A stretch of 64,000 bases of DNA, from contig JBNRSN020000010.1 of the NCBI GenBank assembly GCA_051313645.2, positions 87,048,001 to 87,112,000 on the forward strand, given 5' to 3'. The position numbers were made by a program, and so were the translations under genes. The DNA is from Centroscyllium fabricii. Its lineage: Eukaryota. The notes beneath the pieces were generated by a model. That model did not search any database, was not told the DNA's origin, and worked only from the letters and a program-made list of their open reading frames with translations. Below are positions 36,001-48,000 of the stretch, one piece after another (within the stretch, counting starts at the first letter, position 1; every line of letters starts with the position of its first letter).

Positions 36001-39000
36001 ACATTACCCAATAATTTGGCTCAATATGGCAGTTTTATTAAAAAGAGTTAGTTGGAGGATGAAATGAGTAAAAAAGTACATCTATCTGTTATTCTGTAAA
36101 CGGTAATGCAGTATTGTAAACCATTTTATAATAATAATGCTTAACAACAATTTTGTTACCTAATTGATCTTCGCACACACCGGAGACTGTCCCATACAGT
36201 TCAAAACCAGAGAGGGAGAGGTAGTGAGTCTGCCCACTGGCATTTTTACCCATCTGTTTAATCCGAATATGTCGCCACCCCTGTTTCTCATCCTTTGGAG
36301 GATCCAGAGGCCATGTTGCTGTGGATCTAAAACAAATGTTTTATTTGAATTCTTGACAAAAAGTATCTCGAGACTCATTTAATCAGCCCAAAGCAAAGTG
36401 ACAACCCGTTCGGTTTTCACAAATGTTCGAGTCTTTCAATCACATTTTTATGAATACAGGAAACTCTTTGGTATCCGGGACCGGCGGGTTGCCGGTTGAT
36501 CAAAAATTCCAGATGATGGAGAGGGTTATCTACTGAGGCTATTTTTAGCAAAGAAATTATTTTTTTAAATCAAGAAATGTGCAGTATACAGTAATTGGAT
36601 ACTCACTTACAGAATGTTATGTTAAATGGATGATGGAAGATGCTTGATTAAGTACAGTATTGCCAGAAGAGGGTAATGCAATGCAATGATTACCAGCAGC
36701 GTGGGAGACACACTGTACCCCTGTAAAATGGCGGATCAGAAGAGACTACCGGCAGGGCAGGAGAGTCAGACTCCTGTTATGGGGTACCGAGGTGTTCTGA
36801 CTGCGCCAAGAAGCCGAGTAGTGACAGTTTGGAGAACTACCCCCACTGACTAACTCGGCCACCACGGGAGACTCGGCAACATTGCCAATTATTGAGATGT
36901 TGTTTTCGGAGTGAGAATTTTGCTGGTTAAGAGAGAATTCCGGATATTTAGGTGCTGTTTAAACGAGAGTTTCCTGTTTATCTTAAAATGTACAGTAAAT
37001 TCTGTATCAAGCCAGGGAACTGTCAAAAAAAAAAATCACACAATGCTATTTTAGAATTACAGCCAATACAAAACTAGACCCAAAATTATAATGCAGAAAC
37101 TAAACGCCCGTACAATCGGAACTCAATGGTGACCCATCAACATTGGAGAGAATGGTTTCCATTCTGTCACTCAACACGTAGCCTTATTGAAATCAACAGC
37201 CAGCAACAACTTGCATTTATATCGTAAATGTTCCAAATGTTTCACAAAGGCATAGTCAGGCACAAATGGATACCAAGCCAAAGAAGGAGACAATAGGAGG
37301 GGTGACCAAAATCTTGCTCTAAGAGATGGGTTTTAAGGAGGGTATCAAAGAGGAGGGGGTAGAGGTGTTAGAGTTTAGGGTGGTAATTTCTAAATGTAGG
37401 GCCCAGATAGCTGAAGGCACAGTTGCCAATCGTGGAGTGAAGGGAGAGATGTACCACAGGCCAGAGTTGGAGGAATGGAGAGCTCTGCAGGGGCTGTAGG
37501 AGGTTACAGAAATGGGGAAGATCAAGGCTGTTAAAGAAGTTAAACACGAGAATGAGAAGTGTATATTGTCTCCTTCTTTGGCTTGGTATCCATTTGTGCC
37601 TGACTATGCCTGTGTGAAACATTTGGAACGTTTACGATATAAATGCAAGTATGCAAGTTGTTGCTGGCTGTTAATTTCAATAAGGCTACATGTTGAGTGA
37701 TGGAATGGAAACCATTCTCTCCAATGTTGATGGGTCACCATTGAGTTCCGTCATAAAATTGCACGGGCGTTTAGTTTATGGGCGGCACGGTGGCATAGTG
37801 GTTAGCACTGTTGCCTCACAGCACTAGAGCCCCGGGTTCAAATCCGGCCTCGGGTACTATCTGTGTGGAGTTTGCACATTATCCCTGTGTCTGCGTGGGT
37901 TTCCTCCCACAGTCCAAAGATGTGCGGGTTAGGTTGATTGGCCAGGATAAATTGACCCTTAGTGTTAGGGGGATTAAATATGTGGGGTTACGGGGATAGG
38001 GTGGGATGTGTGTCGGTGCAGGCTCGATGGGCCGAAATGGCCTCCATCTGCACTGTAGGGATTCTATGATTCTATATTGGACAAGTTGGAGGACTGGGAA
38101 CCAACGTAGGTCAGCAAGGACAGCAGCGATGGGTGAACGGGACTTGGTGCAGATAGGATACGGACAGCAGAATTTTGAATATACTGAGGTTTACAGGATG
38201 GAAACCCAGTCAGGACAGCCTTGGAACAGTTGAATCTGGAGGTAACAAGAGCACGGATGGATGGGAGTTTTCAGCAGCAGATGGGGTGGGGCAGGGACAG
38301 AGGTGAGAAATGTTACAGAAGTGGAAATAGGAAGTCGTTATGATGGAGAGGATATAGAATCAGAAATTCAGTTCGGGGTCAAATAGGATGCTAAGGTTGC
38401 TAACAGTTTGGCTCAGTCTGAGATAGTGGCTGGGGAGGAGGATGGAATCAGTGGCAAAGCTGCAGAGTTTGTGGCGGAAGTCAAAGATGATCGCTTCAGC
38501 ACTGCCAATGTTTAACTTGAATAATTAGCCGCTCATCCGGGACTGGATATTGGACAACTAATCTATTAGCACAAAGGCAGCAAAGGGGTTGAGAGAGGCA
38601 ATTGAGAAGAGGAGCTAATTGCTAACGGCATGCATACTGAACCTGACCCCATATCTTGAGGATAGCCAGAAGGGTCAGCATATAGATGGGACAGAGGACG
38701 GGATCAAGGAATGACCCTTGAGGTGCTCCAGAGGTAACAGTGCAGAGGCGGGAAGAGAAGCCATAGCTGGAGATGCTCTGGCTATGATCAGACAGGCAAG
38801 AATGAAACCAAGCTAGGGCAGAGCCAATGAGCTGGACAACAGTGGACAGACGTTGGAGGAGGATGATATGCCAAAGACTGAAGGGAGGGGAAGGGAAAAT
38901 ATACCATGGCCACAGTCATAGGAAATGTGGAAGAAAAAAAGAAATTTATGAATTCAAGTTCACAAGACATTCAGGCAGAAATTCTGCACTCACCCGTAGG

Positions 39001-42000
39001 GCCAACGGAGATGCCGGTTTTAGGCATGCAATATGCATGCGCTGGAAACTGGCATTTCCGATCAGTCAAGAAAACTCTTGACAGACCCTCCAGCTGTGCT
39101 GGAGAAGGGCCTCTGCGGGTGGAGAGTTCAGTTTTTTTGGAGACCCTCCGCCTGCAGGAGAAACAATTCTCGCGCTGGTAAAAGCAGGAGCAAGGCCTGC
39201 TTCTACCAGGATAAGAGTTGAAAAAAGTTTTTAAAACGTTTTTCCACGGATTTATCATTTAAAAATACTTCAAAGGCAAGTTTATTTTCAGCCCTGTTCA
39301 TTTTTTCCCCCCAAAAATAAAATTTTTGTTTAAAATAATGTAATTTAAAGTCATTTAAAAAATATGATGTTTTTTAATAAATTTATTTGAACTTTTACTA
39401 TGTTTTTGGGGGTGATCTCTATTCATATATTTGACAGGTCTTCCTGTCAAACATATGAATCGAGATTCCCTTCTCTGGTTCCCCATGGCTCATGATCCCA
39501 GGGACGCTGTGAATCGCCTGCGCCCCTGGGATACGTGGATCCTGCGCACCGGCAGTTTGGTGAGGCCCAGGAGCGGAACTCTACACCTCCCGGGAGCCCG
39601 GAGGTAAGGGTGCAGATTTTTCCAGATCGCAGCACTCCGCCCGTGGGAGGCCTGCGAACAGAATTTCTAGGCCATTAGGAACAGCATCTCAAGTGTCTAG
39701 GCCATAAAAACCTAATGGAATATTGAGTTCTATGCCAAAAGGTATAGAATATAAAAGTCAAGATGTAATGGTAAATCTATATAAATACTTAACTGGAGGA
39801 AAATACTTAATTTGAGGAAAGCCTATTTCAGTGGGTTAATAATGGATCTGGCCCGGGCAAATTGGAATCAAAAGATTGGCAGGCAAAACTGTAATCGAAC
39901 AATGGGCTGCCTTGAAAGAGGAGATGGTTCAGGTACAGTCGAGGTACATTCCCATGAGGATGAAAGGTAGGGCAACCAAAGTCAGAGCTCCCTGCATGAC
40001 AAAAGAGAGAGCAAGATGAAGCAGGAAAAGGGGGCATGTGACAGATAGTCAGGTTGAGGATACAAGTGAGAACCAGGCTGAAAATAGAAAGTTCAGAGGG
40101 GAAGTGAAAAAGGAAAAGAGGGGCAAAGACACAGTATGAGAATAGCTAACATAAAAAGGAATCTGAAAGTCTTCTAGTGGCAGCTAAATAGTAAATGGAG
40201 GGGTGAGGCCGATTATGGACCAAAAAGGAGACCGACGCATGGAGGCAGAGGGAATGGTTGAGGTACTAAACGACTACTTTACATCTGTCTTTACCAAGGA
40301 AGAAGATACTGCCAAAGCCAGTGAAAGAGGAGGTAGTTGAGATACTGGATGGACTAAAATTTGATAGAGAAGGTACGAGAAAGGCTGGCTTGTACTTAAA
40401 GTAGATAAGTCACCAGGACCGGATGGGATGCACCCTCGGATGCTGAGGGAAGTAAAGGTGGAAATCGCAGAGGTACTGGCCATAATCTTCCAATCCTCCT
40501 TAGAAAAGGGGGTGGTGCCAGAGGACTGGAGAATTGCAAATGTTAATGTTCAAGAAAGGGTGCAAGGACAAACCCAGCAACTACAGGCCAGTCAGTTTAA
40601 GCTCGGCAGTGGAGAAGCTTTTAGAAACGATAATCTAGGGCAAAATTAACAAATCACTTGGACAAGTGTGGATTAATTAAGGAAAGCCAGCATGTATTTG
40701 TTAAAAGCAAATCGTGCTTAACTAACTTGATTTGAGTTTTTTGATGAGGTAACAGAGAGGGTTGATGAGGGCAATGCGGTTGATGTGGTGTACATGGACT
40801 TCCAAAAGGGTACAATCGTAAAGGGGGTGCATGAACAGAGAGATTTGGGGGCATGTGCAGAAATTGTTGAAGGTGGCAGGGCAGGTTGAAAAAGCGGTTA
40901 AAAAAAGCATACGGGATCCTGGGCTTCATAAATAGAGGCATAGCGTGCAAAATCAAGGAAGTTATGAACCACCTTTATAAAACATTGGTCCAACCTTAAC
41001 TGGAGTACTGTGTCCAATTCTGGGCACCACACTTTAGGAAGGATACGAAGGCCTTAGAGAGGATGCAGAAAAGGTTTACAAGAATGGTTCCAGGGTTGAG
41101 TTACTTCCGTTACGTGGATAGACTGGAGAAGCTGGGGTTGTTCTCCTTAGAGCAGAGAAGGTTGAGAGGGGATTTGTTCGAGGTGTTCAAAATCATGAGG
41201 GATCTAGACAGAGTAGAAAGAGAGAAACTGTTCCCATTGGCAGAAGGGTTGAGAACCAGTCGACACAGATTTAAGTTGATTAGCAGAAGAACCAAAGGCA
41301 ACATGAGGAAAAACTTTTTTTTTACGCAGCAAGTGGTTAGGATCTGGAATGCATTGCCTGAGAGGGTGATGGAAGCAGATTCAATCATGGCTTTCAAAAG
41401 GGAACTGGATAAGTACCTGAAGGAAACATTTTTGCAGGGCTACAGGGAAAGGGTGGGGGAGTGGGACTAGCTGAAGTGCTCTTGCAGAGAGCCGGCATGG
41501 GCTCGATGGGCCAAAGTACCTCCTTCTATGCTGTACCATTCTATGATTCTAATCTTCGTAAGCCCACAGTGGAAGAGGTACTGTGCGCAGGTTTGGGCTC
41601 CACACTATATGAAAGATGTTAAGAAAATAGAAAATATACAGCGCAGATTCACTAGCATGCTGGTATGAGTAAACATAATATGAAGATGTGCAAAATTGGT
41701 GGGGTGGGGAGGAGGAAATTAAGGGGCAATTTGATAGAGGTGTTTGAAATTATGAAAGGACAGGAGAGAGTAGATAGAAGCAGACTGTTCCAATGATTGA
41801 GGGTTCTACAATAATAGGACACAGATACAAGATTGAATGCTGGAAATTTAGGAGAAACTTTTTTTTTTTTTTAATAACGCAGAGGTTGGTTTAGCTTGAG
41901 AATGTACTAAGAGTTATCGATTGAAACAGAGACAATGTCAAAATTTAATAGGCAGCTGAAAGAAAGGAAATAAAAGGGATCTATAAACTGAGTGGGATTT

Positions 42001-45000
42001 GGACTACTGCTCATGCAGAGGATAAACACCAACATTGACAGTTGGGAACTGCAAATCCCACATTATACATTATTTATATATTCAAACAGTGATTTAATGT
42101 AATTTTATCCTAATCCTGCTGACTCACCCTGGCTCATTCAAGCTGCAGTCATCCACATGGGTGTACAGGGTTGTCCAGTTTTGTCCATCTTTGGAAACTT
42201 GAAAAACCCAGTTCCTCAAGGCAGACCGACCATAACCACGTGCATGCCGCAAAGTGTAGGCCGATGGGATCACCCAAAGCCCAAGGTCAATAGCAAACCA
42301 AGCATTCTTGTCGTCATTTGTGTGGCAATTGAGGGCCGAGCTATCACGACTCAAAATGTCTTCCAATCGTCCATATGGTAAATTCCTCCCCTCTGAAGAT
42401 GTTACAACCACCAAGCCGTAAGCTGCAGGATTCACCCACTCGTATGCAGTTCTGCAATTCAACAATGAACATAAGAATTCTTTCATGAAAAACAAATATC
42501 CCAAAATTATGGTTGTATTACTGACAGGACATTACCTATACAGGTTGTGCACCATTAATCCGCCACGGGCGGGACCAGGCCCGTGCCGGGAAACTGAAAA
42601 AACCGGGAGAACGAAGTTGGACACTGCGCATGCGCACCATTCAAAATGGCCGCGCGCATGCGCACAACATTGGGATTGGCTGGCGCGCGCATGCGCAGAT
42701 CAACCAATAATGGCCGCCGCGAAGTTTTTTGAGGGGCTCAGGCTTGTGTGGCGTTCCGTTTGCCTTTTAGGGCTGTCGGGCAGCAGTGAAAGGCCGGTCT
42801 TGCGGGGGGGGGGGGGAAAGGAGGGTTGTGCGGGCGTGGGTCGGGCCCAGTAGGTTCGCCTTCCCTCTCCATCGCCGTTCGGGTTCCTGCTGCCGCCGAG
42901 CCGGACTCAGGCTGACAGCTGTTGCCTAGTGACTGTCCGCCTCAGTCACGGGGCTCAGCTGTCGAGAAAATAACCGGCGGCTGTATTGAATTATCTGCGC
43001 ATGCGCTACCCGTCCGGCGACGCATGCGCAGATCATTCAAAACACCCGGCAGCCGTTTTGAATGATCTGCGCATGCGCTCGTCGTTCAGCGGCGCATGCA
43101 CAGATCATTCGCCGAAGCCGCGATGGCGGCTGCCATCTTGCGCATGCGCAGTGCAGTCGGGGCAATTTGTGCCGGCAGACTGAAGCTGCCGGCTTTTCGG
43201 GACACGGATTTTCGGTGCACAACCTGTATTACTTAAGTTGTGTTAACTCCATGATTCTTAAAATGGTTGTACCATAGTTGAGTTAATACACTTAAAATTG
43301 AGTGCCATAATTTCTCTTTAAAATACGGCTTTTCAGTCCATTTAAATAGCCTCACTCAAAAGCATATGTACAGGAAACTCTTTGGTATCCGGCACCGATG
43401 GGACCAGGATGTTGCCGGTTGATTAAAAATTCCGGATGACGGAGAGGGTTATCTACCGAGGCTATTTTTAACAAACAATTTCTTTTTTTTAAATCAAGAA
43501 ATGTGTAGTATACAGTTGAGGGTAATCCATAACTCTTTAATTACTTAACAGTAAAACAAAACTTACAGTAAACGACTGGATGCAGTACTGTAATTGACTG
43601 TACACTTATTCCAAGAGACTACTGCCAGCGCGGGAGACACACAGAAAAATGGTGGATCGGAAGAGACTACTGGCAGCGTGGGAGAGTCAAACTCCTGTTA
43701 TTGAGGTTTTCGGACTTCCGACAGCACCAAGAAGCAGAGTAGTGGCAGTTTGGAGAACTACCCCCACTGACTAACTTGGCCACCACGGGAGACTCGGACT
43801 CGGCAACACTGCCGGTTATTGAGGTGTTGTTTTCGGAGTACGAATTTTGCTGGTTAATAGAGAATTAGATATTTAGGTGCCATTTAAATGAGTGTCTCCT
43901 GTACTACATACATCGCAGGGCAGTTGCATCAAATTATAAAGTGTACCATGAGCCAGCCTTTCCATTGACTGATATAATTTTAATCAGTTGTAAATCACAA
44001 CTTGGAGGAGGTTTTCAAATTGTAACATGAGTTACTCTTATACTCTGGTGCGAAATTATCTCAAGGAGCTCTCCCAATAGTAGCCAAAGTCAGGTATACA
44101 ACCTGCCTATTATTCACCATCCAGGGGTTTGACAGGGTTGGGGAGGGCGAGGAATTGTCTTGAAATCAAAATATCTTCAAAAATAATCTTCTGTTGGCGA
44201 AAAAAGATCAAGTGCGACTAAATGTTTGAATTACTCCATACAAAAATATTCAATAAGGAGCATTCCTTCACCAAGTAACCAACTGATGACATTTTGGAAC
44301 ATGCTATTCCAGAAACTGAGTCTACCTACAATATATATATATATATATATATCACACACACACAGCTGGAATTACCTCAAATTCAAATAATATTAATTTT
44401 CAAACTTACTTTGCATTTGTCCCAATCCAGTATATTATCCCATTTTCATCAAAGTTATGCTGGTGCCGGAAGGTAAACGTTTGTCCTTCACGTAATTTAC
44501 GCACAAATACAAAGGTTGATCTGTCAAAGTCATACCACTGTTTTGCCACCTGAACCAAAAAAGTTAGAACTAAAATATGTCACATATTCACTCATTCTTT
44601 CAATATCTTTATGAACCGTAAAATGTTAAATTTTTAAAATAGTTACATCACATTGTTTACCATTTTAAGAAGATACTGCTCTAAGGATTCAACAGTAGCC
44701 AATGGTTCCATTTTGAGCATTCTTCCAGTTCTATCTATCAATGATGTCTCCCCAGGAGCACGTTCTAATCTAAACCTCAGCCTTCTTGTCAGGATCTTGA
44801 AGGGAGGAAAAACAGTCTGTAAACAGATTGGTAGAATTTCACCTGAACTTCAAAGTCATAGTAAGCTGGAACATATTGCCACATCACTGCTTTTAAATTT
44901 TATTTAAAATATGAAATTTGTTTGAACAGTAACATAGAAACATAGAAACTAGGAGCAGGAGTAGGCCATTCGGCCCTTCGAGCCTGCTCCGCCATTCAAT

Positions 45001-48000
45001 GAGATCATGGCTGATCATCCAAACCCAGTACCCCGCCCCTGTCCTCTCCCCATACCCTTCGATCCCTATCGAGCCTGCATCAACACATATCCCACCCTAT
45101 CCCCGTAACCCCACACATTCAATCGCCCTTACACTAAGGGTCAATTTATCCTGGCCAATCAACCTAACCCGCACATCTTTGGACTGTGGGAGGAAACCGG
45201 AGCACCCGGAGGAAACCCACGCAGACACGGGGAGAATGTGCAAACTCCACACAGATAGTACCCGAGGCTGGATTTGAACCCGGGTCTCCAGTGCTGTGAG
45301 GCAACAATGCTAACCACTATGCCACCTACTATCAGATGGGAGTTTGGGGCGAAAGAGAATTCTGAGTGACTTGGAGTATGTCTGTGCGGAATATGAATTG
45401 ACAAGTAGTCATGGACTGCTTCAGCTTCCTTACACTGTCCAGCTTAACAGTTTTTCCAACTACAGGTTGAGCACCGTTAATCCATTACCCGAAAACCCGG
45501 CAGCTTCGAACATCCTATGATCCGGCAATAATTTCCCTGACTGCGCCGCCCATGCGCAAAATGGCCACCACGATTGATGCTTCAGCGAATGATCTGCACA
45601 TGCGCCGCCGAACGGCAAGTGCATGCGCAGATCATTCACAATCATCTCTCCGAGCCGATAACGGGCTGGGCCGGGACTCCCCGAATGCGGGCTGGGCCGG
45701 GATTCCCCGAAAGCGGGCTGGGCCGGGATTCCCCGAACGCGGGCTGGGCCGGGATGCCCCGTACGCGGGCTGGGCCGGGATGCCCCGTACGCGGGCTGGG
45801 CCGGGATGCCCCGAACGCGGGCCAGGACCATCCGAATTATGCTAGGCCAGGATTCGCCGAACGATAAGCGCATGTGTAGACCACTAACTGGCCGCCGGCC
45901 TTTCGTGGTGGCCATTTTTAATGGTCTGCTCATGCGCTCTCCGAAGCTTCAATCGTTCGGGATTTTCACTTTCCCGGCACTGGCCTGGTCCCGCCCGTGC
46001 CGGATTAACGGTGCTCACCCTGTACTTCAGAATTAAAGCCACATGCTACAACAAAGGATTGGAGATGCTTCCACAAAAGTTGGCTTGCACAGAATAAATG
46101 TTAGTCCCTTTGCATTTAAGAACAAAATAAATTCTCAGTAGTACAAGTAGACTGACGGGAACGTCTCAGCATCAAATATAAATATATCAAATATACACAG
46201 CAACTGATAAGTAAGAAGGGCAGCTTCCATATACTTCATGTACTGTACAGATAAAATCAACTGGAAGCTACAGGAAATCAAAATCAGACATAAGCATCAA
46301 ACATTCTCTTTCATACCTGCAAGTTATATGAAGAGCCAGGGGTATCGTACAAATGAAGAGGCAGCCTCTCAATTGATTCTAACACTGCTATTAGCTTTCG
46401 AACAAGGGCAACAGCTGGCCGACTAAAAAGAAAAAATATGTTACAAAACTGAAAGGAATTGTTTTCAAAAATGCACTTCAAAATGTAAAAAAAGCCCCAC
46501 CCACCTTTCTTCATCTTCATTTTCACTGAATGCCGTTTTGAAGACATTTATTCGCTCGATCAGTTGACTACAATCTTGTTTCACATCTAATTCCACGTTC
46601 TAGAGTGAAAGAAAATGAGTGAATAATGCAAACTACAAGGCAGATCAAAAATAAAGTGGTGCTCTTTGACAACATCATACGAACATTGTTGAGGACAGTA
46701 AGAAGTGCTTGCACCAGCCCACTGCTGCACATCTCATAGGGCGAGATTGTATTTTCATCCTTTAGTAGTACAATCAAGTTCTCCAGGGCAGTTTTCATTA
46801 AATCTCTCCATGTAGCTTCCCCGTCCACACCCTGCAACACAAAAAACATTATCTTCTTCATCTCTGAATTTTACCATTCAGCAGATTCCTTCCCAAGTAT
46901 CGATCAGTGGCATCGTAATCTAGATTTTTCACTTGGGTAAACCCACAAGTGTAAAAGAGAAGCACGATTTCCACTTGCCTGCCAAGAAATGTGCTGACAT
47001 GCCAGAGTTTCCAAGGTCGGACAAATGTTCAGAATGACAAGAGCTCCTGGTGTCACAAACACCAGTTTGAGTGTGTGTGCGGGCAGTAACCTGCATGCTT
47101 CTGTAGGATTTAAAGGCCGTCAGCAGCTTAGAAGAGGTAGCGCACCAAAAACGTTTGCAGCAATTCTGAAAACTCATCCACAGAAAGGTGTCTGTTAGAT
47201 CTGCAGGCTGCAAGAGACACGCAGGCTCATCTAGAGGCTGCGGCAGTGCTTCTGAATGAAGTTAACCAATAACATACATTATATGGATCCTGCAATGTTG
47301 TCCCACAAGTGCAGCACAGCAGTGGCCAGGACAGTCATTGCCTACTCGGCAATTACCATGCCAGGTCAGGTGAGGTGAAATGGCCCAGCTGCACTCTTCA
47401 AATATTCACAACCACTTTACCCCCACTGTGATGAAGTGCTTCAGCTGCCTACCATAAATGGACATGAGGCGGCCTGCGTTCCTTCACACCCCCAGTCTTA
47501 ACTTTCACGTATTCCTTCACACACATCCTTACACGCTTTCACCCTACTAAAAGCCTCACATGGTATGTAACTGCTTTGCTCATCACACATTATGCCAACA
47601 ATTGGGTTTGACTGTATCTGTTAATAACCAGAGATCATAGCACTTTAAAAAAAAATGTAGCCCACAACAGCAGAGCGATTGGTTACAAGTGGTTGATCCT
47701 CTTCCACACTGTGCCTTCGCTCCCCCATGATGAGGGAGTTATGGAGTTTCAGAGCAAGAAGGCAATAGAGGGAATTGGAGGCAGAGAAGCAGGAGCCAGC
47801 TGGAGGTTCCTTTGGATATTCTGCTTCCCTCATCCTATCATACCTATATTACCGTTCAGTAAACTAAATCAAGAACCCCACCTTGCTCCTTCTATTGAAA
47901 GTGGCATGTGAACTCAGCTCCTCAGCAACCTATTTCAACCTCTCTTCCTCCAGATATGCCTGAGAAGAACGAGCACATGCATCCTCCTCTAGTCTTGCCA

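Noticed and set aside
37781-37850. tRNA genes (also 3820, 51790, 55441)
   Set aside because: These are A/B-box heads of SINEs that continue into SINE bodies; I saw no complete cloverleaf.
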